The position numbers were made by a program, and so were the translations under genes. Shown here in pieces: positions 1 to 10,722 of a DNA stretch of 64,000 nt. The stretch is from Flavobacteriales bacterium. GTDB lineage: Bacteria; Bacteroidota; Bacteroidia; Flavobacteriales_F; PHOS-HE28. Under the pieces are notes generated by a model, which saw nothing but the letters and a program-made list of their open reading frames with translations, searched no databases and was not told the origin of the DNA. The stretch's first letter is position 1. Each line of letters begins with the position of its first letter. The stretch is from NCBI GenBank assembly GCA_016717305.1, contig JADKFY010000002.1, positions 346,351-410,350 on the forward strand, given 5' to 3'.

Positions 1-3000
1 TGGCCACGCTGAGTTGCGGCCCGTTGTTGGCGGCGATGCTGCATCCTGTCGGCAGGCGCTTGGCGATATCCGCTTCAGCTGCGCGAATGCTCAACATGGA
101 ACCGCTCGGCAACGCCTGCATCATTTTGCCTCGGTTCGCCACGAGGGTGACCGCATCCTTGAGCGAGAACACACCTGCCAAACAAGCGGCTGCGAACTCG
201 CCGATGCTGTGGCCCATCATGGCCTCGGGTACAATGCCCCAATGCATCCACAATTTGGCCAAGCTGTAATGCATGGTGAAGAGCGATGCCTGCGTGTACA
301 CCGTTTGCTTCAACTGTTCGGCAACTTCCTCTTCCTTGCCTTTCGAGGGGAAGACTATGGACTTGAGATCAACGCCCAATTCGGCATTGAACAGGCCGAT
401 GCATTCATCGAAATGCTGTGCGAAATTTGGTTCACTTTCGTACAGGTCGCGCCCCATGTTCACGTACTGCGAACCTTGCCCCGGGAACATGAACACCACG
501 CCCGGCGCGGCTTCGTGCAATTCACGTGTGGATATCGCGGCAACATCTTTGTTCGCAATGGCATCGATCACCTCCTGGTGCGTACCCCCCACGATCACCC
601 TTCTGTGCTTGAACGATCGCCTTCCTACTTTCAGGGTGTAGGCAGCATCAGCCATAGAGGCATCAGGGTTCTTTTCGAGCCAGGTCCGCAGGTTTTCGGT
701 CATGGCATCCAAGCTCACTTTGGTCTTGGCGCTCAAAAAGAACACCTGCTTACCACGTGAATTGCTGGAAGGTACGGGGAGTGGTCCTTCACCCAGGATC
801 ACATGGGCGTTGGTGCCGCCGACCCCGAAAGAAGAAATCCCAGCGACGCGAGGTTTGGAACCACGGGGCCATTTAATGTTCTCATTGGCCACACGGAATG
901 GGCTGTTCTCCAGATCGATCGCCGGGTTGGGCTTCTCAAAACCGAAGTTTGATGGGATCATACCCCGTTGTAACGCCAAGGCCGTTTTGATCACACCTGC
1001 TGCACCTGCAGCGGCCGTGAGGTGGCCGATGTTGCTCTTGACCGAACCGATCGCACACCAATGCGGATCGCTACTGTTCGGAGCATCAACTCCTTTGAAT
1101 GCAAGCGTGAGTGCTTCCACTTCAATGGGGTCGCCCAAAGGGGTGGCGGTGCCGTGCGTTTCCACGTAGGTGATCTCCGAGGCTTGCACGCCTGCATCGG
1201 CCTGTGCCATGGCGATCACGTCTGCTTGGCCGCGAACGCTAGGTGCGGTGAAGCTTGCCTTTTCACTGCCGTCGTTGTTCAACGCGCTTCCTTTTACGGT
1301 GGCGTAGATGTGGTCATTGTCGCGAATTGCATCGTCCAATCTTTTCAGGACGATGATGCCGACCCCATCGCTGAAGCTGGTCCCTTTTCCATTGGCATCG
1401 AAGGTGCGTGTGCTGCCATCAGGGCTATACATGCCGCCGTCGTTGTACACGATGCCGCTGTTGAAGGGCACGGTCAGTGCGATGCCGCCCGCCAGCGCCA
1501 TGTCGCACTCGCCATCGCGCAGTGCCTTGAACGCTTGTGCGATCGCCACCAGCGATGTGCTGCACGCCGTGTGGATGCTCAAAGCAGGGCCACGCAAGTC
1601 GAATTCGAAAGCCAGGCGCGTGGCGATGTAATCCTTCTCGTTGCCGGTCATTACCTGGAATTCGCCCACCTGTTCGATCAGTTCAGGATGGCCGATCACG
1701 TTCTTCGTGAAGTAGGTGTTGTTGCCCATGCCGGCGTACACGCCGATCAACCCGTCAAATTGAGCGGGGTCGTAAGCGGCATCTTCCAACGCGCCCCAAG
1801 CGGTTTCCATGAACACGCGTTGCTGCGGGTCCATCAAGGCGGCCACCCGGGGATTGATCCCGAAGAAACCAGCATCGAACTTGTCCGCATCGGTGATCAC
1901 GCCGCGAGCGGGCACGTAGTCCGGATCGTTCTTAACGGCATCGGGAATGCTCGGGTCCAATTGGTCCTTGGTCCAGGTGGAAACACCATTCTTTTTGTCC
2001 AGCAGGTTCTGCCAGAGTTCTTCCACGTTCTCAGCACCTGGGAATCGCCCTTTCATGCCGATGATGGCGATCTCGCTGCGACGTTTTTCGGTGATGGCGG
2101 CCTGGCGTGTGCGGGCCATTTCGGCGGGCGAAATGCCGCTGTTGCCTCCTGTCAGGAATTCCGCGCAGGCACGGATCGTAGGGTGTTGGTAGAGCTTCAC
2201 GATCGGGAGTTCGAATCCGCGTGATTCCAATTGGGCCACGCATTGGATACTGAGCAGTGAATTTCCGCCGAGGTCGAAGAAATTATCATCGATCCCCACT
2301 TTGTCAATGCCGAGCAGACTGGCCCAAACGGCAGCAACGGCTTCTTCCAGTTGGGAAGTGGGTCGTGCGTAGGGGATATCCAGGTCCGGCCTTTTGATAT
2401 CCGGTGCTGGCAACCCTTTGCGATCGATCTTACCACTTGGGGTACGCGGTAGTTCCGGCACTTTCACGAACGCACTGGGCACCATGTAATCGGGCAGCAA
2501 AGCGCCCAAGTGCTTGCGCAGGTCGTTTGTGGAAACGTGTTCCGTGGCTACGAAGTACCCGACCAAACGCTTAAGGCCGGGTGTGTCTTCACGCACGGTC
2601 GTTACTGCTTGTTGCACCAGCGGATGCTTCTCCAAGGCCACTTCCACCTCGCCCAGTTCAATACGATAACCGCGGACCTTCACTTGACCATCCATTCGAC
2701 CTTTGTAGTCTATGTTGCCGTCGGGCAATTCCACAGCGCGGTCGCCAGTGCGGTACAAGCGGCCTCCTAGGGTGAACGGGTCAGCAAGGAAGCGCTCTGC
2801 TGTAAGGTCTTCTCGATTGATGTAGCCAGCAGCCACACAAGCGCCACCCAAGAACAGTTCGCCTTCCACCTCTTTCTGGACCGGCTGCATGGAATCGTCC
2901 AGGATGAGCAATTTGACATGGTCGATGGCCTGACCGATCGTTGGAAGGCTGGGCCATGATGCGGGATCCCCTTTCAGTTCAAGTTCGCTGACCACATGGC

Positions 3001-3919
3001 CTTCTGTGGGGCCATACTGGTTGCAGAAACGGCACCCGGGAAGTTGGTTGAACAGTTCGGTGATGGCAGGGGTGATCTTCAACTGCTCGCCACTGGTGAA
3101 CACTTCCCGTAAGGAGGTCGGCACTTCGCCGGTACGCTGAACGGCCTCGGCCAGGTATTGGAGTGCCACGAAAGGCACAATGATGCGGTTGATCCCTTCG
3201 GCGATGATCTTCCGCAGGAGTTGGCTGCTGTTCAATCGATCTTCGTCGGTGATAAGGACCAAGGTCCCGCCTTGGGCGAACGTCGTGAAGAGCTCTTGGA
3301 ACGAAACGTCGAAGCTGATGGGGGCGAATTGCAGGGTCTTGGCGCCTTCGTTCAACACGGAAGTGCGCAGCTGCCATTTGATCAGGTTGATCAGCGGAGC
3401 ATGATGCATGGCCACACCCTTCGGCCTGCCGGTGCTGCCTGAAGTGAATAGTACGTAGCACAGATCATCCGGATCCGTTTCGCGCAACTCCATCTTGTTA
3501 GAGGCTGCGGCATTGTCGAGTGCCAATTCTTCGATCAGTAGGACCTTCGCTTTGGAGCCAGCGAAAAGGTGAGCGTGAGCTCTATCGGTGATCACTACTG
3601 GCGGGGCCGCATCCTCCAGCATCAGGGCAATTCGTTCGGAAGGATAGGTCGGGTCGATGGGCACATAAGCCGCACCAGCCCTCAGAATGCCTAGAACGGA
3701 TTTTATCAGATCCGGGGACCTCTCCAAGCAGATGCCTACCGTCCGGTCTTCACCTGAGACCATTGGGGATATGAGAATGGCAAGGCGCTCAGCCTGTTCC
3801 TTTAGCGCTGAATACGAAACGCCATCGGTTCCAAATTGAAGTGCGATCCTTTCACCGTGCACCGAGGCGGTGTGCTCAAAGAATTCATTGACGGAGCGAA
3901 TTGGTCCAGCTACTTTCAT
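1..3919 (-). CDS. Hybrid NRPS-PKS megasynthase, N-terminal part (adenylation - PCP - ketosynthase - acyltransferase ...); runs off the window start
   Basis: Hand translation of the reverse strand from the ATG at 3919 (TAA stop immediately upstream) gives one open frame to position 1. It carries AMP-binding core motifs (LFTSGSTGRPKGV, YRTGD, GRMDGQVKVRGYRIELGEVE, PDYMVP, PSGKIDRK), a PCP motif (FFDLGGNSLL), a KS start (IAIIGMKGRFPGA) with the active-site TACSTS region, and AT motifs (FMFPGQGSQY ... GHSIGE). The ORF track misses it only because it is open-ended. Confidence 0.85.
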   Translation of the reverse strand, partial: MKVAGPIRSVNEFFEHTASVHGERIALQFGTDGVSYSALKEQAERLAILISPMVSGEDRTVGICLERSPDLIKSVLGILRAGAAYVPIDPTYPSERIALMLEDAAPPVVITDRAHAHLFAGSKAKVLLIEELALDNAAASNKMELRETDPDDLCYVLFTSGSTGRPKGVAMHHAPLINLIKWQLRTSVLNEGAKTLQFAPISFDVSFQELFTTFAQGGTLVLITDEDRLNSSQLLRKIIAEGINRIIVPFVALQYLAEAVQRTGEVPTSLREVFTSGEQLKITPAITELFNQLPGCRFCNQYGPTEGHVVSELELKGDPASWPSLPTIGQAIDHVKLLILDDSMQPVQKEVEGELFLGGACVAAGYINREDLTAERFLADPFTLGGRLYRTGDRAVELPDGNIDYKGRMDGQVKVRGYRIELGEVEVALEKHPLVQQAVTTVREDTPGLKRLVGYFVATEHVSTNDLRKHLGALLPDYMVPSAFVKVPELPRTPSGKIDRKGLPAPDIKRPDLDIPYARPTSQLEEAVAAVWASLLGIDKVGIDDNFFDLGGNSLLSIQCVAQLESRGFELPIVKLYQHPTIRACAEFLTGGNSGISPAEMARTRQAAITEKRRSEIAIIGMKGRFPGAENVEELWQNLLDKKNGVSTWTKDQLDPSIPDAVKNDPDYVPARGVITDADKFDAGFFGINPRVAALMDPQQRVFMETAWGALEDAAYDPAQFDGLIGVYAGMGNNTYFTKNVIGHPELIEQVGEFQVMTGNEKDYIATRLAFEFDLRGPALSIHTACSTSLVAIAQAFKALRDGECDMALAGGIALTVPFNSGIVYNDGGMYSPDGSTRTFDANGKGTSFSDGVGIIVLKRLDDAIRDNDHIYATVKGSALNNDGSEKASFTAPSVRGQADVIAMAQADAGVQASEITYVETHGTATPLGDPIEVEALTLAFKGVDAPNSSDPHWCAIGSVKSNIGHLTAAAGAAGVIKTALALQRGMIPSNFGFEKPNPAIDLENSPFRVANENIKWPRGSKPRVAGISSFGVGGTNAHVILGEGPLPVPSSNSRGKQVFFLSAKTKVSLDAMTENLRTWLEKNPDASMADAAYTLKVGRRSFKHRRVIVGGTHQEVIDAIANKDVAAISTRELHEAAPGVVFMFPGQGSQYVNMGRDLYESEPNFAQHFDECIGLFNAELGVDLKSIVFPSKGKEEEVAEQLKQTVYTQASLFTMHYSLAKLWMHWGIVPEAMMGHSIGEFAAACLAGVFSLKDAVTLVANRGKMMQALPSGSMLSIRAAEADIAKRLPTGCSIAANNGPQLSVA

Positions 3920-4537
3920 GCGTTAGAGTCAAAGGTCCGTGTTTCGGGCCATACTGTAGCGTGATCGTGAATGTTCATAACCCTCAAATGGAGGATGATC
4001 TGGTACGGATCCATCAGGCAAAAAGTTCCATTCGTCGGAAAGTTCATAGGCGCTCCGAACTCATTTGACCTCGGCTCAGGAAAATGCTGATCCGTAGGAT
4101 AAAAATAGGCATTGGGCGAAATATTTGAGGAGTTGGACGTCAACATTGTTCACAACTTCATATGATCTAGTCGGTTACAATCGTTCATTGGGCGTTCAAA
4201 ATGGGTCAGTGGCAAGCAATAGAGCATTTCGAAAGGTTATCCACAATACTGGCACGGCGTGGTGTGGTCCTCTACTTTCGCGGCCTTGAACAAGGAAATT
4301 GCTTTGATCGCGACAAGTTCCAGTCTGATATTCAGGCTTTTGAAACGGTCATTGTGAGGACCTAGTACAACTCGAAGAAATCCGTCTCCCGGTCCTCATG
4401 TAACCCTAGCACGCAGTATTTCGATAAACGGACCAACCGATCCGTTCTTGTTTTTCGTTCCGATGCGCACTGCCTGGCCGCCGGAACTCAAAGGAAAGCA
4501 AGATGGTAGGTCGGATCGTTCTCCAACTTGGAACAAT

Positions 4538-7500
4538 ATGGCACGCAGTCTTCTCACCCTTTTCTTGAGCATCGTGGCCTCCTTGGTCATGTCCCAAAGC
4601 AGTTCGGAACGCGCTGCTGTTCGCTTGAACGCAACCGTACAAGCCTCCCCAGCGAGCATTACACTTTCCTGGACAGCGCTTTCCAGTACCAGTTCCATTA
4701 CAGTTTATCGTAAGTTGAAGAGTGCCACAAGCTGGGGCTCTTCGATCGCGAACCCTTCGGCCAGTGCGACCACCTGGACGGACAATAGCGTTGCTTTGGG
4801 TACGTATTACGAATACAAGGTAGTTCGTAGCTCAGGAGGCAAGACAGGCACCGGGTATGTTGCCACAGGTGTCCAAGTTGCACCGACGGATTATCGAGGT
4901 AAGTTAGTTCTCTTGGTGGACAACACCTTGGCTCCTTCGTTGGTCACCGAATTGGGCCAATTGACCCAAGACCTTCGAGCCGATGGTTGGGCCGTATTGC
5001 GAAATGATGTGGCGCGTAATGCCTCTGTGTCGAGTGTCCGAGGCATTGTCCAAGGCCACTACAACAGCGATCCGACCAACGTGAAGGCAGTGTACATTGT
5101 TGGTCACGTTCCGGTACCATACAGCGGCAACACGATGCCTGATGGGCACGCGGAATTCTTTGGTGCAAGGCCGACGGACGGTTACTATGCAGAAATGAAC
5201 GGTTCCTGGACGGACAACAGCGTGAACAATACCTCTTCGAACCGTCAAGAGAATTGGAATGTACCGGGTGATGGAAAATTCGATCAAAGCGAGTTTCCTG
5301 GTGCCATTGAACTTCAAGTTGGCCGTGTTGATATGTATGACATGCCCGCATTCTCTGCAAGTGAAGTGCAGTTGATGAAGAACTACTTGAACAAGGCACA
5401 CAGTTTCAAGCTGAAAGGATGGGCGCCTACCGCCCGTGGGCTCCAGTTCGATAACCTGCAATGGGTAGCGGACCCGCTCGCAGCGGGTGGCTGGAGGAAC
5501 CTTGCACCATTGGTGGGGAATAGTAATATAACTGAACTTGCTCCGTACGGTGCGTCTTTCGGGTCCATGGTAAATAACCAGAGCTACTTGTGGACGAATT
5601 GCAGTTCAGGTGGTCTGTTGGATTTCCAGAACAATTTGTGGCTTTTCATTGGTCAGGACAATGCCGCGATCACCTCGGAACTTGCCACGACCATCTCTGT
5701 GGGTGGTGTCTTCAACATGGGCTTGGGCAGCTACTATGATGATTTCGACAACAAGAACAACTACCTGCGTGCATTGATCGCACGCGGCGATGCCTTGACC
5801 AACTGTTGGTCCGGAATTCCGACGTGGTATTTCCACCATATGGGCATGGGTGACAACATCGGGTACAGCACCATGGTCTCCATGAACAACACAAGCGTGT
5901 ATGCTCCGCTGCACGATGGGTGGCAGTCCAGCATTGGCCACACGCATATCAATTTGATGGGTGACCCCTCGTTGCGCATGAAAATGGTTGCCCCACCTAC
6001 CGCGCTGGTGATCAGCAATTCCGGTGGGCACCCAGCTTTCAGTTGGACGGCATCCACCGAGAGCGTGCTAGGTTACCATGTTTACCAGATCGAAACATCC
6101 GGGTCGGTCACCCGACTAACGACGACGCCCGTCACAACGACCAACTATTCCGATCCCGCGATTCCTTATCAGTCCGGGCGTGAGTACATGGTACGTGCCG
6201 TGAAATTGGAGACGAATTACAGTGGTAGTTACTACAATTTGTCACTTGGTGCAATGGCCACTGCTCCTGGGGGAGCACAGCCGGATTGCTTGGGTGTTTC
6301 CGGCGGAACTGCCACCCCCGGTACTTCCTGCAATGATGGCAACGCGAACACGATCAACGACGTTTGGAGCAATAGCTGCAACTGTACCGGAACACCTGTT
6401 GTTTTTGACTGCCTCGGTGTAGCTAACGGAGCCGCCACTCCAGGTACTTCGTGCAACGATGGCAATTCGAACACGATCAACGATGTTTGGAGCAACAATT
6501 GCAACTGTACCGGAACACCTGTTGTTTTTGACTGCCTCGGAGTTGCTAACGGAGCCGCCACCCCTGGTACGTCCTGCAATGATGGCAATTCGAACACGAT
6601 CAACGACGTTTGGAGCAACAGCTGCAACTGTACCGGAACACCTGTTGTTTTTGACTGCCTCGGTGTAGCTAACGGAGCCGCCACCCCTGGTACTTCGTGC
6701 AATGATGGCAATGCGAACACGATCAACGACGTATGGAGCAACAATTGCAACTGTACCGGAACACCTGTTGTTTTTGACTGCCTCGGTGTAGCCAACGGAG
6801 CCGCCACCCCAGGTACTTCGTGCAATGATGGCAATGCGAACACGATCAACGATGTATGGAGCAACAATTGCAACTGTACCGGAACACCTGTTGTTTTTGA
6901 CTGCCTCGGTGTAGCCAACGGAGCCGCCACCCCAGGTACTTCGTGCAATGATGGCAATGCGAACACGATCAACGACGTATGGAGCAACAATTGCAACTGC
7001 ACCGGAATACCAGTGGTTTACGATTGCCTGAGTGTACCGAATGGTCCTGCCGTGCCAGGAACCGGCTGTAACGATGGCGACCCTAATACGACCAATGACG
7101 TATGGAGCAACAACTGCAATTGTGCGGGGATCCCGGTTGTTTACGATTGCCTAAGTGTACCGAATGGTCCTGCGATGCCAGGAACAAGTTGTAACGATGG
7201 TGACCCCAATACGACCAACGATACATGGAGCAACAACTGCAATTGTGCCGGCACTCCTGTTACGCAAGATTGTTTGGGTGTACCCAATGGCACGGCCCTA
7301 CCAGGTACTTCGTGCAATGACGGCAACGCCAACACGATCAACGATGTTTGGAGCAACGGATGCGCCTGCGCCGGAACGCCAGTTGTCTTTGATTGCCTCG
7401 GCGTTGCCAACGGAACTGCAATACCCGGTGTATCTTGCGATGATGGTGATACACAAACGACCAACGACGTTTGGAGCAACAACTGCAATTGCGTAGGGAT

Positions 7501-9604
7501 ACCTGTTGTATTCGATTGCGCAGGTGTTGCGAATGGTCCGGCGCTACCTGGAACGCCATGCAATGACGAGAACTCGGCCACGGGCAACGACCAGTGGAAC
7601 GCGAACTGCCAATGTGTTGGTCAGTTGATCGATTGCACGGGCACAGCTGGTGGTCCAGCATTGATCGGCACGCCTTGCAACGACAACAATGCGAACACGA
7701 TCAACGATGTGTGGGGCAGTAACTGCAATTGTGCTGGCACTCCTGTTCCTCAAGATTGTTTGGGCGTACCGAATGGCGCGGCCTTGCCAGGAACACCATG
7801 CGATGATGGGGACGTGAACACGACCAACGACGTTTGGAGCAACAACTGCAATTGCGTTGGAATACCTGTTGTTCTCGATTGCGTAGGTGTTGCGAATGGT
7901 CCGGCCCTACCTGGAACGCCATGCAATGACGAGAGCTCGGCCACGGGCAACGACCAGTGGAACGCGAGCTGCCAATGTGTTGGTCAGTTGATCGACTGCA
8001 CGGGCACAGCTGGTGGTCCAGCATTGATCGGCACACCATGCAACGACAACAATGCGAACACCACGGGTGATGTTTGGAACAACAACTGCAATTGCGTAGG
8101 GATACCTGTTGTATTCGATTGCGCAGGTGTTGCGAATGGTCCGGCCCTACCTGGAACGCCATGCAATGACGAGAACTCGGCCACGGGCAACGACCAGTGG
8201 AACGCGAGCTGCCAATGTGTTGGTCAGCTGATCGACTGCACGGGCACAGCTGGTGGTCCAGCATTGATCGGCACGCCATGCAACGACAACAATGCGAACA
8301 CCACGGGCGATGTATGGAACAGCAACTGCAATTGCGTTGGAATACCTGTTGTATTCGATTGCGCAGGTGTTGCGAATGGACCTGCCCTACCTGGAACGCC
8401 ATGCAATGACGAGAACTCGGCCACGGGCAACGACCAGTGGAACGCGAACTGCCAATGTGTTGGTCAGTTGATCGATTGCACGGGCACAGCTGGTGGTCCA
8501 GCATTGATCGGCACGCCATGCAACGACAACAATGCGAACACCACGGGCGATGTATGGAACAGCAACTGCAATTGCGTTGGAATACCTGTTGTTCTCGATT
8601 GCGTAGGTGTTGCGAATGGTCCGGCGCTACCTGGAACGCCATGCAATGACGAGAACTCGGCCACGGGCAACGACCAGTGGAACGCGAGCTGCCAATGTGT
8701 TGGTCAGTTGATCGACTGCACGGGCACAGCTGGTGGTCCAGCATTGATCGGCACGCCATGCAACGACAACAATGCGAACACCACGGGCGATGTATGGAAC
8801 AGCAACTGCAATTGCGTAGGGATACCTGTTGTATTCGATTGCGCAGGCGTTGCGAATGGTCCGGCCCTACCAGGCACGCAGTGCAATGACGAGAACTCGG
8901 CCACGGGCAATGACCAGTGGAGCGCGAACTGCCAGTGTGTTGGTCAGTTGATCGACTGCACGGGCACAGCAGGTGGTCCAGCACTTCCAGGAACCCCCTG
9001 TGATGATGATGATGCCACTACGGTAGGCGATGTATGGTCCACGAACTGCAATTGCTCAGGATCTGCGTTGCCACCCCCGGCGGATTGCGCGGGTGTTGCA
9101 GGTGGTAGTGCCTTCCTGGATGACTGTGGAACATGCGCTGGTGGATCAACAGGGATCGTACCTAATGCAGATGTGGACTTCGATGACCTTATCCCGTGCG
9201 AGGATAATTGCAGCGGGGTCTGGAATCCGCAGCAAACGGATTATGATGAGGACAACATCGGTGATGCCTGTGACAATTGTGTGTGGGTCTACAACCCGTC
9301 CCAAGCCGATGAGGACGGGAACGGTATCGGTGATGCGTGTGATGTACGAGTTGGGATCGCCGAGTTGACCGATGGTTCCAATTTCGGTTTCTTCCCCAAC
9401 CCGACCAATGGCAATGTGAACATGGTATGCACGGTCGCTGGAGCACGAATGCTCAAGTTCTACAATGCAGTGGGTGCCTTGGTCTTTGAGGCCCCAGTTC
9501 GGAAACAAATGGATCTCCGCGAACTTGCGATGGGGGTCTACACGGTGCTTGTGCTGGATGCGGAAGGCAGCCCGCTGGCACAGACGAGGCTCGTTCGCCA
9601 ATAA
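4538..9604 (+). CDS. Giant secreted T9SS cargo protein: signal peptide, FN3-like domain, gingipain (C25)-like domain, about 24 tandem 40-aa Cys-rich repeats, thrombospondin-type-3-like Ca-binding repeats, T9SS C-terminal sorting domain
   Basis: Track ORF 4448..9604; the likely true start is the Met of [21 protein letters not shown] (signal peptide). N-terminal region shows C25-like landmarks ([11 protein letters not shown] ..., ELQVGRVD, ... [10 protein letters not shown]). The repeat consensus is [41 protein letters not shown]. The Ca-binding repeats read [14 protein letters not shown] / [12 protein letters not shown]. The C-terminus [12 protein letters not shown] ... [23 protein letters not shown] is a type-A T9SS sorting domain. 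Confidence 0.8.
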   Translation: MARSLLTLFLSIVASLVMSQSSSERAAVRLNATVQASPASITLSWTALSSTSSITVYRKLKSATSWGSSIANPSASATTWTDNSVALGTYYEYKVVRSSGGKTGTGYVATGVQVAPTDYRGKLVLLVDNTLAPSLVTELGQLTQDLRADGWAVLRNDVARNASVSSVRGIVQGHYNSDPTNVKAVYIVGHVPVPYSGNTMPDGHAEFFGARPTDGYYAEMNGSWTDNSVNNTSSNRQENWNVPGDGKFDQSEFPGAIELQVGRVDMYDMPAFSASEVQLMKNYLNKAHSFKLKGWAPTARGLQFDNLQWVADPLAAGGWRNLAPLVGNSNITELAPYGASFGSMVNNQSYLWTNCSSGGLLDFQNNLWLFIGQDNAAITSELATTISVGGVFNMGLGSYYDDFDNKNNYLRALIARGDALTNCWSGIPTWYFHHMGMGDNIGYSTMVSMNNTSVYAPLHDGWQSSIGHTHINLMGDPSLRMKMVAPPTALVISNSGGHPAFSWTASTESVLGYHVYQIETSGSVTRLTTTPVTTTNYSDPAIPYQSGREYMVRAVKLETNYSGSYYNLSLGAMATAPGGAQPDCLGVSGGTATPGTSCNDGNANTINDVWSNSCNCTGTPVVFDCLGVANGAATPGTSCNDGNSNTINDVWSNNCNCTGTPVVFDCLGVANGAATPGTSCNDGNSNTINDVWSNSCNCTGTPVVFDCLGVANGAATPGTSCNDGNANTINDVWSNNCNCTGTPVVFDCLGVANGAATPGTSCNDGNANTINDVWSNNCNCTGTPVVFDCLGVANGAATPGTSCNDGNANTINDVWSNNCNCTGIPVVYDCLSVPNGPAVPGTGCNDGDPNTTNDVWSNNCNCAGIPVVYDCLSVPNGPAMPGTSCNDGDPNTTNDTWSNNCNCAGTPVTQDCLGVPNGTALPGTSCNDGNANTINDVWSNGCACAGTPVVFDCLGVANGTAIPGVSCDDGDTQTTNDVWSNNCNCVGIPVVFDCAGVANGPALPGTPCNDENSATGNDQWNANCQCVGQLIDCTGTAGGPALIGTPCNDNNANTINDVWGSNCNCAGTPVPQDCLGVPNGAALPGTPCDDGDVNTTNDVWSNNCNCVGIPVVLDCVGVANGPALPGTPCNDESSATGNDQWNASCQCVGQLIDCTGTAGGPALIGTPCNDNNANTTGDVWNNNCNCVGIPVVFDCAGVANGPALPGTPCNDENSATGNDQWNASCQCVGQLIDCTGTAGGPALIGTPCNDNNANTTGDVWNSNCNCVGIPVVFDCAGVANGPALPGTPCNDENSATGNDQWNANCQCVGQLIDCTGTAGGPALIGTPCNDNNANTTGDVWNSNCNCVGIPVVLDCVGVANGPALPGTPCNDENSATGNDQWNASCQCVGQLIDCTGTAGGPALIGTPCNDNNANTTGDVWNSNCNCVGIPVVFDCAGVANGPALPGTQCNDENSATGNDQWSANCQCVGQLIDCTGTAGGPALPGTPCDDDDATTVGDVWSTNCNCSGSALPPPADCAGVAGGSAFLDDCGTCAGGSTGIVPNADVDFDDLIPCEDNCSGVWNPQQTDYDEDNIGDACDNCVWVYNPSQADEDGNGIGDACDVRVGIAELTDGSNFGFFPNPTNGNVNMVCTVAGARMLKFYNAVGALVFEAPVRKQMDLRELAMGVYTVLVLDAEGSPLAQTRLVRQ
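6281..9060. repeat. Coding tandem repeat array, 120-bp period (40 aa, 4 Cys per unit), about 24 units
   Basis: Directly visible 120-nt periodicity. The first six units are nearly identical. The minus-strand long ORFs 6232..7002 and 7701..8984 are artefacts of this periodicity. Confidence 0.9.
7860..8990. repeat. Near-identical 240-bp super-repeats (two alternating 40-aa repeat variants), about 5 copies
   Basis: Units beginning ATACCTGTTGT(A/T)TTCGATTGCG... at about 7872, 8102, 8342, 8582 and 8822 differ by only a handful of nucleotides. A diverged copy lies at about 7499. Confidence 0.85.
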
Positions 9605-9617
9605 CGGGCCGAAGTTG

Positions 9618-9662
9618 GAAAAAGGGCTCTCTGGCAACAGGGGGCCCTTTTCATTTATTGCC
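9618..9662 (+). terminator. Putative rho-independent terminator of the giant cargo gene
   Basis: Stem aaaagggc ... gccctttt with about a 16-nt loop, followed by ttttcatttatt, just after the stop at 9604. Confidence 0.45.
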
Positions 9663-9738
9663 CCGTGCTCCGGCGTGCATCACCCCAAAAGAATGGTGCC
9701 GATCCATAGTCGGATCGTAGGTGGTCACCCTGACGTCG

Positions 9739-10722
9739 TCAGGTCGCCAGAATTGCCAACACGCGGAACAGGTCTGTATTCAAGGACTTTACCTTCCCGA
9801 TGGATTGTGTGAAAGGGGTGAGGGTTATTTGACCATTGACCACACCGATCATCTTATCGTGCTCCCCAGCGATCAAGGCATCCACAGCCGCAACTCCCAA
9901 TCTACTCGCCAACAACCTGTCCTGCACGCTGGGAGATCCACCACGTTGGATATGGCCGATCACAGACACCCGGATATCGGCATTGGGTATACGTTCCTTC
10001 ACTTTTCGTGAAACGTCGTACGCACCGCCTTCTTCTTCTCCTTCGGCAACTACCACAATGCTGGATGATTTCGTCCCAGATCCTTTACTCAGCGCTTCAA
10101 CGAGTTCATCAATGTGCTCCGGTCGTTCAGGTACCAGCACGAATTCGGCACCCGCGGCAACAGCGCAAGCCAACGCGATAAATCCCGTATCACGGCCCAT
10201 GACTTCCACAAAGAACAAGCGGTCGTGGGAGGAAGCTGTATCACGTATCCGATCGATGGCTTCAACGGCCGTGTTGATCGCCGTATCATAACCAATGCTG
10301 TAGTCTGTTCCGGCGAGGTCATTGTCGATCGTACCGGGAAGGCCGATCGTGCGGACCCCATGCTCCTTGAAAAGAAGGTTGGCACCAGTGAAGGTTCCGT
10401 CGCCCCCAATGGCAACTAGCGCATCCATACCAAGTTCACGAATGGCAGCGGCTGCTTTCACTCTGCCTTCAATGGTCCTGAACTCTTCAGAGCGAGCCGA
10501 TCGAAGGATCGTGCCACCACGTTGTACGATGTTGCTCACGTCGCGTGGCCCGAGGGTTCGGACGCGGCCGGTCAACAAGCCATCGTAACCACCAATTATT
10601 CCACTTACTTGGATCCCTTGCAACGCTGCCGCCCGGACCACGGCCCTGATCGCAGCATTCATGCCGGGACTGTCACCTCCCGAAGTGAATACGCCGATGT
10701 GGCGGATCACCTCAGAACTCAT
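9739..10722 (-). CDS. pfkA: ATP-dependent 6-phosphofructokinase
   Basis: IGVFTSGGDSPGMNAAIRAVV ... GGDGTFTGA ... MGRDTGFIALA ... IGHIQRGGSPS are PFK hallmarks. The start at the internal Met (MSSEVIRHIGVF) gives an ATGA overlap with the upstream gene stop at 10719. Confidence 0.9.
   Translation of the reverse strand: MSSEVIRHIGVFTSGGDSPGMNAAIRAVVRAAALQGIQVSGIIGGYDGLLTGRVRTLGPRDVSNIVQRGGTILRSARSEEFRTIEGRVKAAAAIRELGMDALVAIGGDGTFTGANLLFKEHGVRTIGLPGTIDNDLAGTDYSIGYDTAINTAVEAIDRIRDTASSHDRLFFVEVMGRDTGFIALACAVAAGAEFVLVPERPEHIDELVEALSKGSGTKSSSIVVVAEGEEEGGAYDVSRKVKERIPNADIRVSVIGHIQRGGSPSVQDRLLASRLGVAAVDALIAGEHDKMIGVVNGQITLTPFTQSIGKVKSLNTDLFRVLAILAT

Noticed and set aside
14-2224. Plus-strand ORFs 14..760 and 1022..2224
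   Set aside because: They are antisense to the NRPS-PKS frame, which carries clear A/PCP/KS/AT motifs.
6232-8984. Long minus-strand ORFs 6232..7002 (256 aa) and 7701..8984 (427 aa), plus many 68-70-aa ORFs on both strands
   Set aside because: They are internally periodic ([22 protein letters not shown]..., [14 protein letters not shown]...). They exist only because the 120/240-bp coding repeats of the plus-strand giant gene remove stop codons in other frames. They have no independent signal.
6281-9060. Regularly spaced direct repeats that could be mistaken for a CRISPR array
   Set aside because: The repeats are contiguous with no unique spacers, lie inside a long ORF with a signal peptide and a T9SS sorting domain, and the period (120 bp) is protein-coding. 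No cas genes nearby.
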